From an uncultured Eubacteriales bacterium (GTDB lineage: Bacteria; Bacillota; Clostridia; Oscillospirales; Acutalibacteraceae): DNA of 64,000 nucleotides. The notes under the pieces are model-generated. The model saw only the letters and a program-made list of their open reading frames with translations. It was not told the DNA's origin and ran no database searches. Position 1 is the first letter of the stretch, and the number at the start of each line of letters is the position of its first letter. The stretch is from NCBI GenBank assembly GCA_910580045.1, contig CAJTXF010000004.1, positions 7,346 to 71,345 on the forward strand, written 5' to 3'. Below, piece by piece: positions 56,149-64,000 of this stretch. The position numbers were made by a program, and so were the translations under genes.

Positions 56149-57147
56149 CTACTCCTTGGGCGGCTTCCGGCGGTGGAGCCGCATCGGTTTCCGGGGCGGC
56201 AGGTCCTCGGCCTTCTCAATATCAATGAGCTTGCCCTCCTCGTTATAGTCCGCTGGGGCAGAGAGGGCCTCTAAAAGCGAGGGGCCATCCCTGTCCAAAT
56301 CCCCCTCAGGCTGCTCGGGCTCTGCCAAAACAGGAAACTCCTCCGGCTCAGCCTCTGGCTTAAAGTCCTCCAGGCGCTCTTCCTCATTATCATACTCAGC
56401 GTAATCCTCCACATCTTCCGGGGCTTCCAGCTGAGCCTGCTGCCGGGCGGCAAACTCCTCAGGCGGGGCGTAGCTGTCCGCCATATCGTTGGTATCCGCC
56501 ACAATCTGCCCGCCATGGATTTGGATAATCCGCTTGTGAAAATGTTTTACCAGAGAGTGCTCGTGAGTCACCATCAAAACAGTGGTGCCCCGGCGGTTGA
56601 TTTCATTGAGCAAATCCACAATCTCAAAGGAGAGGGCAGGGTCAATATTGCCTGTGGGCTCGTCCGCGATAATGAGCTCTGGGTTATTGACCAGCGCCCG
56701 GGCCAGGCCCACCCGCTGGCGCTCGCCGCCAGAGAGCTCGGTGGGGTAATGCTTTGCCTTATGCTGAAGGCCCACCAGGCTCAGAATATAGGGCACCCGC
56801 TTGCGGATAGAGCGGCCGGAAGCACCTACCACACGCATGGCAAAAGCCACGTTGTCATAGACGTTCATATGGTCAATCAGGCGGAAATCCTGAAACACCA
56901 TGCCCATTTTCCGGCGGACAAAAGGAATCTTCCCTTTGCGCAGGTGGGAGATATCCATGCCGTCCAAAAGAATCTCCCCAGAGGAGGGGCGCTCCTCACA
57001 GGTAATCAGCTTCAAAAATGTGCTTTTCCCTGCGCCGGAGGAGCCCACAATGAACACAAACTCCCCCTTGGGTACACGCAGGTTGATATTGTGGAGGGCC
57101 TCTGTGCCGTTGTTGTAAACCTTGGATACATTCACAAATTCTATCAA
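56149..57147 (-). CDS. ftsE: Cell division ATP-binding protein FtsE with an acidic C-terminal extension
   Basis: GSSGAGKST, VFQDFRL, LSGGE.QRV and ADEPTGN motifs; TTG start after GAGGTG. Confidence 0.93.
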   Translation of the reverse strand: MIEFVNVSKVYNNGTEALHNINLRVPKGEFVFIVGSSGAGKSTFLKLITCEERPSSGEILLDGMDISHLRKGKIPFVRRKMGMVFQDFRLIDHMNVYDNVAFAMRVVGASGRSIRKRVPYILSLVGLQHKAKHYPTELSGGERQRVGLARALVNNPELIIADEPTGNIDPALSFEIVDLLNEINRRGTTVLMVTHEHSLVKHFHKRIIQIHGGQIVADTNDMADSYAPPEEFAARQQAQLEAPEDVEDYAEYDNEEERLEDFKPEAEPEEFPVLAEPEQPEGDLDRDGPSLLEALSAPADYNEEGKLIDIEKAEDLPPRKPMRLHRRKPPKE

Positions 57148-57345
57148 AAAGCAGTTCACCTCTTCATAGGGACAGCTCAGCATAAAGACTGCGCGCTGTG
57201 GCGGCAAGAGTACAGGCAATAGCCTGGAAAGGTACTGGCAACCGGGCGCCTAGGGAAATCAACGCACAGCGAACTTCACCGCCAGCCAAACCGGCGGGAG
57301 ACACTATGCTGGTCTTTATACAGTGCTGTCAAGGGTTTGGAAAAA

Positions 57346-58428
57346 TCAGAACTTGCTGTTATTGCTCAAATACCGCTTGACCATCAGCGCCACCTTGAAG
57401 ACAATGGCGTCCTCGAACTCGCGCAAATCCAGGCCGGTGAGCTTCTTAATCTTCTCCAGCCGGTAGACCAGGGTATTCCTGTGAACAAACAGCTTCCGGG
57501 AGGTTTCAGAAACATTCAGGCTGTTCTCAAAGAAGCGCTGAATGGTGAAAAGGGTCTCATGGTCCAGGCTCTCAATAGAGCCCTTTTTGAAGACCTCTTT
57601 CAGGAACATCTCGCACAAGGTGGTGGGCAGCTGGTAAATCAGCCGGGCAATCCCCAGGTTGTTATAGCTGACAATGTCCCGGGCCGTGTCGAACACCTTG
57701 CCCACTTCCAGGGCTGTCTGGGCCTCTTTGAAAGAGCGGGGCAGCTCCTTGATGTTGTCCACAATTGTGCCGATACCCACGCAGCAATGGGCGTAGAACT
57801 CACCGGTGAGGGTATCCACAATAGAGCGGGCCAATTTGTCAATGTCCCTTTCCGTGATGTCAGGGCGAATCTCCTTCACCAGGGCAATGTCCGTCTCGTT
57901 GATATTGATAACAAAATCCTTGTTCTTATCCGGGAACAGGTTCTGAAGCACCTCAAAGGCAGAGACCTCGTTTTTGTCGTTCACCTTAATCAGCAGGCAG
58001 ACCCGGGAAACATCAGAGTCAAAGTGGAGCTCGTGGCTCTTCAAATAGATATCGCCAGGCAGGATGTTATCCAAAATCACATTTTTGATGAAATTGCCTC
58101 TGTCATATTTTTCATCATAATACTGCTTGATGTTGTCCATGGCCACAGCTAAAATTTTCACATAGCGCCGGGCGTCCGGGTCAGCGCCGGAAACAAAGGC
58201 AGCATAGCCAGGCCGCTGGCGGCTGCCAAAGGCCTTAAAAGTGTATTCATTGTTGACAAAGACATCGTCACTGGACATATTCTCTGTGACCCCATCATCG
58301 AACACATCTCCCACACGGCTCAAATCGCTGCAGGCAATGACAATAGAAGACTCATCAGTCACACCGATGGTACGGTCGATGGCGTCGCTCATCTGGTGGA
58401 TAATTCCTTGGAACAATTTGTTGGACAT
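57346..58428 (-). CDS. CdaR/PucR family transcriptional regulator
   Basis: C-terminal HTH NSLNVSETSRKLFVHRNTLVYRLEKIKKLTGLDL. Confidence 0.92.
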   Translation of the reverse strand: MSNKLFQGIIHQMSDAIDRTIGVTDESSIVIACSDLSRVGDVFDDGVTENMSSDDVFVNNEYTFKAFGSRQRPGYAAFVSGADPDARRYVKILAVAMDNIKQYYDEKYDRGNFIKNVILDNILPGDIYLKSHELHFDSDVSRVCLLIKVNDKNEVSAFEVLQNLFPDKNKDFVININETDIALVKEIRPDITERDIDKLARSIVDTLTGEFYAHCCVGIGTIVDNIKELPRSFKEAQTALEVGKVFDTARDIVSYNNLGIARLIYQLPTTLCEMFLKEVFKKGSIESLDHETLFTIQRFFENSLNVSETSRKLFVHRNTLVYRLEKIKKLTGLDLREFEDAIVFKVALMVKRYLSNNSKF

Positions 58429-58641
58429 AAACTTCTCCCCTTACCGTTAAAATATTGGTAAAAACAGCGGACAAAACACCGGCCATCCGGTCACGAATTG
58501 AACTACAGACTATTATACACGATTTCAACAAAAATTTCAAGAAAAACATAGCAAAAAGGTTTGCCAAGAAGAAAATGGAAAGCGGATAAAATGATGGGGC
58601 CAACGGCTCTCGCCGCTGGCCCCAAAATGGCAAGCTAACGC

Positions 58642-59754
58642 TTAGTTGATAACAGTAACTTCGGTCTCTTTGTCGAACACGTGCATCTTGTTCAAATCGA
58701 AAGCAATCTTGCACTTGTCGCCAGGCTTGGCAGTGGAGGTGGGCTCCACGCGGGCGGTGACAGCATTGCTCTCGCAGTCCAGGTACAGGTAGGTCTCAGC
58801 ACCCATCAGCTCGGTGACCTCCACCTCGCAGGTAACATGCGCGCCGCCGACCTTCTCGATAAAGTCAGGCTCGTCATGCACATCCTCGGGACGGATGCCG
58901 AAGACAACCTCTTTGCCCACATAGTTGTTGATATTGGTGCCCTCGGCCTTCTTGGCGGGGATGGTAATGGTGCATGCGCCGAAGGTCAGGGTGTAGTCGC
59001 TGCCGGACTTGTTGCACTTGGCATCGATGAAGTTCATCTGAGGAGAACCCATGAAGCCGGCCACGAACTCGTTGACAGGATACTCGTACAGGTTCTGAGG
59101 CGTGTCCACCTGCTGAATGAAGCCGTCCTTCATAACCACGATGCGGTCGCCCATGGTCATAGCCTCGGTCTGGTCGTGGGTAACGTAGATGAAGGTGGTG
59201 CCCAGCTTGGTGTGCAGCTTGGCAATCTCGGTACGCATCTGGGCGCGGAGCTTAGCGTCCAGGTTGGACAGCGGCTCGTCAAGCAGGAAGACCTTGGGGT
59301 CACGGACAATAGCACGGCCCAGAGCAACACGCTGGCGCTGGCCGCCGGACAGAGCCTTGGGCTTGCGGTCCAGCAGATGGGCAATATCCAGAATACGGGC
59401 TGCCTCTTCCACGCGGCGCTTGATTTCATCCTTGGGAGTCTTGCGCAGCTTCAGGCCGAAAGCCATGTTGTCATACACAGTCATGTGGGGGTACAGGGCG
59501 TAGTTCTGGAACACCATGGCGATATCACGGTCCTTGGGGGCGATATCGTTGGAAAGTGTGTCGCCAATGTACAGCTCGCCCTTGCTGATTTCCTCCAAAC
59601 CGGCAATCATACGCAGGGTGGTGGACTTGCCGCAGCCAGAGGGGCCGACCAGAATGATAAACTCCTTATCGGCGATTTCAAGATTGAAGTCCGTAACAGC
59701 AGTAACGCCGCCGGCGTAAATCTTGTAGATATTTCTCAAACTCAAGCTTGCCAT
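58642..59754 (-). CDS. msmX: Multiple-sugar ABC transporter ATPase (MsmX/MalK/UgpC)
   Basis: [42 protein letters not shown] motifs and a TOBE domain. Confidence 0.95.
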   Translation of the reverse strand: MASLSLRNIYKIYAGGVTAVTDFNLEIADKEFIILVGPSGCGKSTTLRMIAGLEEISKGELYIGDTLSNDIAPKDRDIAMVFQNYALYPHMTVYDNMAFGLKLRKTPKDEIKRRVEEAARILDIAHLLDRKPKALSGGQRQRVALGRAIVRDPKVFLLDEPLSNLDAKLRAQMRTEIAKLHTKLGTTFIYVTHDQTEAMTMGDRIVVMKDGFIQQVDTPQNLYEYPVNEFVAGFMGSPQMNFIDAKCNKSGSDYTLTFGACTITIPAKKAEGTNINNYVGKEVVFGIRPEDVHDEPDFIEKVGGAHVTCEVEVTELMGAETYLYLDCESNAVTARVEPTSTAKPGDKCKIAFDLNKMHVFDKETEVTVIN

Positions 59755-59769
59755 TATAATTTCCTCCTA

Positions 59770-59897
59770 TCAGGCTCTGCAAGGACGCCTTTGGCCGCAG
59801 GGACTGCCCCTCTCCCACATAAGGTACAGGGACTTTGGCCTAAGCGGCGCGGGTAGTATGTAATCCAGTCTATACCCAGCGCCGTCCTCGGCTGACC
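59770..59897 (-). ncRNA. Candidate structured 5' leader of msmX
   Basis: Stem GGCGC.GGGTA / TACCCGCGCC with GGATTACA in the loop, enclosed by GAGGACG / CGTCCTT next to the RBS; -10 TATAAT at 59919-59914. Confidence 0.45.
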
Positions 59898-60406
59898 TAA
59901 TTGATTTGTCTGTATTATAGCAGAAATTTTGACGGATGAAAAGGCTTTTTATACCCAAAGTTTTTTCACAGCATTTGTACATCTTTACCAAATTTGCAAA
60001 CCAGCGACAATTTTCTGTCTATTTTGACTCGAGGGAATGATAATCAACATGATGTATCCCTCCCCTGCCCTGCTCCCCTATTGGTGACGCAGGGCCGCTT
60101 TTCACAGTTCTCCACATTTTCCCCCGGGTTTTCAACATTCCACAATGCAGAAGATGGCCGCAGGTTTGGGATAAATAGTCAACGCAAAGTGTGTTTCCTA
60201 TCCCCGCCGCCCTGCGGCCCAATCTGCATGGCTGATTGCCACTCCAGCTCAGAACTTATATCAATAGGATATTACGCCAGTCTTATGGGAAAATTACGCC
60301 AGTGCTGCAAACCCTTTTCAGCCGCCGGATTATCCGCCGCTCTGCGCCTTGCCACCGGCAAAATCTGGCTCGATAATCCTGGCACAAATCCTATCCGTAC
60401 AGGTTC

Positions 60407-61111
60407 TTAGTCTGTGGGCCACTCCGGCTGCGCGTCAGCTGCTTCAGAGCTTACCCCAGCGCCTTCCGTGGAGGATTCCTCACTGGTGAGGGCGCTCTCC
60501 CCGCCAGCAGTGGACTGGCTCTCCGCCTGGCTCTCGCTGTCAGCGGAGCTGACTGCCCCAGAGCTCTCCGGAAGGCTCTCTGTACCGCCCTCTGCCCCGC
60601 TTGCCGTCCCGCTCTCAGCAGGGGCCCCAGGCTGAGGCGTGGCCTCGCCGTAGCGGGCACTGTCCGGCGCGAAGCCGTGCATAAAGCCGCTGGCCTCCGC
60701 GCAGGCCAAATCACCGCCCACAATCAGCCTGCCATACACCAGAAGGGTGGCAAAGACCTCTGTCTCCCCAGGGTAGTTGGTTATCTTATACTTAAACTGG
60801 GTAACGATTTCCCCGGCGTAGGGCGCCAAATCAAAGCCCTGGGCCTGCTGCATGGCGTTGTAGTTCTGGTACACATCGTCGAACTGGGCGGGAATCATCA
60901 CTTCCCGGGTCTCGGCAGGGCTGGCCTCTGTCTGCCAGCCAAAGGATTGGAGGAAGGCGATGCGCTCCTCGTTGGTCTCACCAAAGAACTGCTTTGGCTC
61001 GGTTGCCTCCCCCCGGTCCCACCGCAGGTAGAGGACCGCCCCCACCACAGCGGCCGCCAGAATCAGGATTGCGATGATTCGCTTTTTACTGGCCTTCATT
61101 GACACAAACAT
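60407..61111 (-). CDS. DUF4830-like membrane-anchored protein with a low-complexity Ser/Glu tail
   Basis: TNEERIAFL.SFGW, IP..FDDVY..YN..Q..QGFDL..Y.G, Y.ITNY and I.GGD motifs. Confidence 0.8.
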   Translation of the reverse strand: MFVSMKASKKRIIAILILAAAVVGAVLYLRWDRGEATEPKQFFGETNEERIAFLQSFGWQTEASPAETREVMIPAQFDDVYQNYNAMQQAQGFDLAPYAGEIVTQFKYKITNYPGETEVFATLLVYGRLIVGGDLACAEASGFMHGFAPDSARYGEATPQPGAPAESGTASGAEGGTESLPESSGAVSSADSESQAESQSTAGGESALTSEESSTEGAGVSSEAADAQPEWPTD

Positions 61112-61143
61112 TACACATCGACCTCTCTTTCGTTCATGGTCCA

Positions 61144-61172
61144 TGTGTATGCTCTGTCCCTGCACACTATGC
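61144..61172 (-). promoter_or_regulatory. SigE-like promoter upstream of the DUF4830-like gene
   Basis: Minus strand GCATAGT-GTGCAGGGACAGAG-CATACACA. Confidence 0.5.
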
Positions 61173-61820
61173 CAACAGGGCGGCAATTTGTCCTGCTGAA
61201 AGGAACTCTACTGCCACAGGGCCCGGCTCTCCCCGGCACAGGGTCAGCCAAAAGGGCTCCCCTCCCCGATACAGGCAGAGAGAGCGAAAGCAAAGCCCCT
61301 TCCCCCCAGCCGCCAGAAGCGGCGCGGGGCCCAGCCGGGCAAAGGCTATCTCCCCCGGCTCCTGGCTCATGCCCAGGCCGGTGTATTTCATGCAGCTCTC
61401 CTTACAGGTCCAAAGCTGGCTCCAACGGCTGTCGGAATCAGGGTGGGCCCCAGCAAGGGCCTCCTCCCCCGGGGCCTGGATTCTGCCGGCCAGCTGGGGT
61501 GAGAAGGGGCGCACCCGCTCCACATCCAAACCCAGGGGCCTGGCTGAGAACCCGCAGGCAACCAGGCCGTGGCTGTGGCTGATGCTGAACTCCCAGGCCA
61601 GCGCCTGAAAGCCGGGCTTGCCCTTTGGCCCAAAGCACAGCAGGGGGGGGATATCCCTCTCACAGAGAGGGGGCGTTCCCGGCCGCGCCCGGTTCAGGGC
61701 GTGGGCCAGCAGGGCCCGGCCTGTACGGCTCTCTGCCTGCCGCTTTTGGCCCCGGGGAACCCCCTCGGCAAGGGAAGTCACATATACAATAAGGAGAGCG
61801 TCCGAGCCCTGGGCTTCCAT
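61167..61820 (-). CDS. 4'-phosphopantetheinyl transferase (Sfp-type)
   Basis: GKP, FSISHS, GLDVE and W..KES..KYTG.G motifs. Confidence 0.88.
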   Translation of the reverse strand: MEAQGSDALLIVYVTSLAEGVPRGQKRQAESRTGRALLAHALNRARPGTPPLCERDIPPLLCFGPKGKPGFQALAWEFSISHSHGLVACGFSARPLGLDVERVRPFSPQLAGRIQAPGEEALAGAHPDSDSRWSQLWTCKESCMKYTGLGMSQEPGEIAFARLGPAPLLAAGGKGLCFRSLCLYRGGEPFWLTLCRGEPGPVAVEFLSAGQIAALLA

Positions 61821-61821
61821 C

Positions 61822-63228
61822 CTATTCCCCCTTTGGGGCAGCGTCCTGGAACAGATTGTCCCGGGTGATATTTTTCAGCCATTTGCCGGAGCGGTAGCGG
61901 TGGAACACAGCAGGCCACTTTACAAATTCATCCAGGCAGAGGATGAAATAGACCCAAAGCACCGGCAGCTTCAGCACAAAGGCACACAGGAAGCCCACAG
62001 GCACAGCATAGAGCCACATGGTGATGGCGTCGCAAATCAGGCCGAAGCGGCTGTCTCCCCCAGCACGGAACACACCGGCAATCAGGGTGGTGTTGACCGC
62101 GCAGCCCATAACATAATAGCTGTTTATCAGCAGCATCACGCCCAGATACTCCAGGGCGGTTTCGGTGAAGTTCCCGCCGCCTGCGTACATAAGCACAAAG
62201 GGCCGGGCAATCAGCACAATCAGCCCCCCTATCCCGCCGGAGGCGACAGTCACCCACAGCAGGCGGCGGCCGTCTGCCCGGGCCTCTTCCATTTTGCCCT
62301 CGCCGATTTTCTGCCCCAGCAGGATGCCCCCCGCGTTGGCAAAGCCAAAGCAGAGGATGGTGCCAAAGTTCCGCACCACAGCGGCCAGGGAGTTGGCTGC
62401 CACCGCGTCATTGCCCAGATGGCCCAGAATCACGGAATACATGGAGAAGGCCAGGCCCCAAACCACGTCATTGGCCACAGCGGGCAGGGCCAGCTTCACA
62501 AAGTCTGTAAACAGGGCCTTGTTGCGCACAAAAATCATGCGCAGCTTCAGCTTTACGTCCTTTGAGCGGGCGGATACCACAAAGCACAGGGCCAGCTCCA
62601 CCAGGCGGGAGATGGATGTGGCCAGGGCCACACCAACAGCACCCATCTGCGGGATGCCCAGCCAGCCAAAAATAAACGCGGCGTTCAGCACCACATTCAG
62701 CAGCACGGCAATAGTGTTCAGCACTGTGCCAATGGCCACCCGGCCCACACTGCGCAGGATGGAGATATACACCTCGGTAATGCCCCAGCACAGATAGCAG
62801 ACGCTGAGAACGCGTATGTACCCCGCCCCAATGGCAATCAGCTCCGCGTCGCTGGTGAACAGCATCATCATATATTGGGGGATGGTGAGGGCCAGCACCG
62901 CCACCACCAGAGAGACGCTCATGGAAATGCGCAGGGCTATGCCCTGCACTACCTCAATGGCACGGAAATCTTTTTTGCCGTAGTACTGGGCGCACAGCAT
63001 AGTGGCCCCGGTGCCGATGCCGTAGAACAGCATGAACAGCACATGGGCATACTGGCTGGCCAGGCTCACCGCGGAGATTGCGGACTGGCCCACAAAGTTG
63101 AGCATGACCACGTCCGCGGAGTTGACGGCAGAGCTCAACAGGTTCTGCAGGACAATAGGCGCGACCAGACGGAATATCTGGCCGTAGAATGGGCTGCTGA
63201 AACGCTTGGTCTTTTCCATTTTACTCAT
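61822..63228 (-). CDS. MATE family efflux transporter
   Basis: PIVLQNLL..VN.AD..ML, AQYYGK, IFG.LG.P.MG..G.ALAT and RAGGD motifs. Confidence 0.92.
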   Translation of the reverse strand: MSKMEKTKRFSSPFYGQIFRLVAPIVLQNLLSSAVNSADVVMLNFVGQSAISAVSLASQYAHVLFMLFYGIGTGATMLCAQYYGKKDFRAIEVVQGIALRISMSVSLVVAVLALTIPQYMMMLFTSDAELIAIGAGYIRVLSVCYLCWGITEVYISILRSVGRVAIGTVLNTIAVLLNVVLNAAFIFGWLGIPQMGAVGVALATSISRLVELALCFVVSARSKDVKLKLRMIFVRNKALFTDFVKLALPAVANDVVWGLAFSMYSVILGHLGNDAVAANSLAAVVRNFGTILCFGFANAGGILLGQKIGEGKMEEARADGRRLLWVTVASGGIGGLIVLIARPFVLMYAGGGNFTETALEYLGVMLLINSYYVMGCAVNTTLIAGVFRAGGDSRFGLICDAITMWLYAVPVGFLCAFVLKLPVLWVYFILCLDEFVKWPAVFHRYRSGKWLKNITRDNLFQDAAPKGE

Positions 63229-63356
63229 TTCCTCCGAAAGGGCAGATTGCGTTTGGCCCCTCTTTCACCGCCAGGGGCCTTCCTTGGTTTTTTATCTGGG
63301 TAAAGAGGTAGTAATAGCACACATCATAGCACAGAACCGCGAAGTTTGCAAGACCT

Positions 63357-64000
63357 TCATCCACAAAACCCGGCCCGCCGCTTTTTCAGAACCCACAGGG
63401 CCAGCAGAATCACAGCCGCTGCTCCGGAGACTGCCGCGCCCAGCCAAAAAGGCCGGCAGCGGTAGGTCATGACCACCTGGTGCTCTCCCCCTGGCAGCTC
63501 TACCCCGCACAGGCCGCACTGGATTCTGCGCAAGGGGGCTGGCTCCCCGTCAACGCTCACCGACCAGTTTTCGCTATAGGGGATGGAGATGAAGGCCATG
63601 CTGGGGCTCTCCCGGCTGGTGGAAAAGGAGATACGGTTGGTCTCCCGCTGGATGTCCCCTGCCCCGCTGTCCCGGAGCTTGGCTGCCGCGTCCTCCAAAA
63701 AGGCAGAATCCACCCCATAGAGCTTCAGGGAGTCAAAGCTGTAGTCCCCTGCCCAGTCAAAGCGCAGGCGGATTGTGCTCTGCTCCTCCGGCTGATAGCC
63801 CAGGCTGATGAGAAAGTCCTGATACCCGCAGTAAAACCGGTTTACGGGCCGGGCCGCTTTCAGCACATTGGTCACTGTACCGCAGGAGGCGGAACAGGTC
63901 AGCATCCCAATCCCGGGCCTTTCTGTATCGCTTTCCAGGCCGTCAAACACCAGGCACAGCTCTTTTCCCTCCACTGGCTCAAACACCAGCTCTGCAGTAC
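63357..64000 (-). CDS. YfhO-family membrane protein, C-terminal part (gene starts beyond the window)
   Basis: SIPYSENWSVSVDG, G..GVEL..GEH.V.M.Y motifs and a terminal TM helix; frame is open to the window edge. Confidence 0.8.
   Translation of the reverse strand, partial: TAELVFEPVEGKELCLVFDGLESDTERPGIGMLTCSASCGTVTNVLKAARPVNRFYCGYQDFLISLGYQPEEQSTIRLRFDWAGDYSFDSLKLYGVDSAFLEDAAAKLRDSGAGDIQRETNRISFSTSRESPSMAFISIPYSENWSVSVDGEPAPLRRIQCGLCGVELPGGEHQVVMTYRCRPFWLGAAVSGAAAVILLALWVLKKRRAGFCG

Overview
A 64-kb stretch of GC-rich Bacillota (Clostridia, probably Oscillospirales; inferred from gene content and the yabO-yabP-yabQ-divIC sporulation cluster) chromosome. It holds mostly housekeeping genes: branched-chain amino acid synthesis (ilvB, ilvN, ilvC, ilvD, interleaved with accessory genes), an SLH-anchored surface protein with Listeria-Bacteroides-type repeats, shikimate/aromatic genes (aroF-tyrA-aroB, aroE-aroK), acpP, proS, hpf, the yab/divIC cluster, ABC and MATE exporters, a serpin lipoprotein, nhaC-larC, feoA with a truncated feoB, mntR-like regulator, mscL, trkAH, msmX-cdaR-ftsEX, an Sfp-type PPTase and part of a YfhO gene. 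I saw no tRNA, rRNA, CRISPR array or intact mobile element. The most interesting signals lie outside the ORF track: (1) a 45-codon Phe/Tyr/Trp-rich leader peptide plus terminator upstream of aroF, which looks like a ribosome attenuator sensing all three aromatic amino acids; (2) a 19-codon leader peptide with an erm-like four-segment switch that can hide the RBS of an APH/amicoumacin-kinase-like gene; (3) one ABC ATPase followed by five tandem, diverged permease paralogues inside a two-component system, with four CTTTACC direct repeats at its promoter; (4) 100-bp-period structured repeats upstream of hpf; (5) a short remnant of a tyrosine-integrase catalytic motif at an insertion point in the ilv cluster; and (6) a long structured nhaC leader directly after the feoB breakpoint. 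All functional calls come from motif recognition by eye; no database searches were run.
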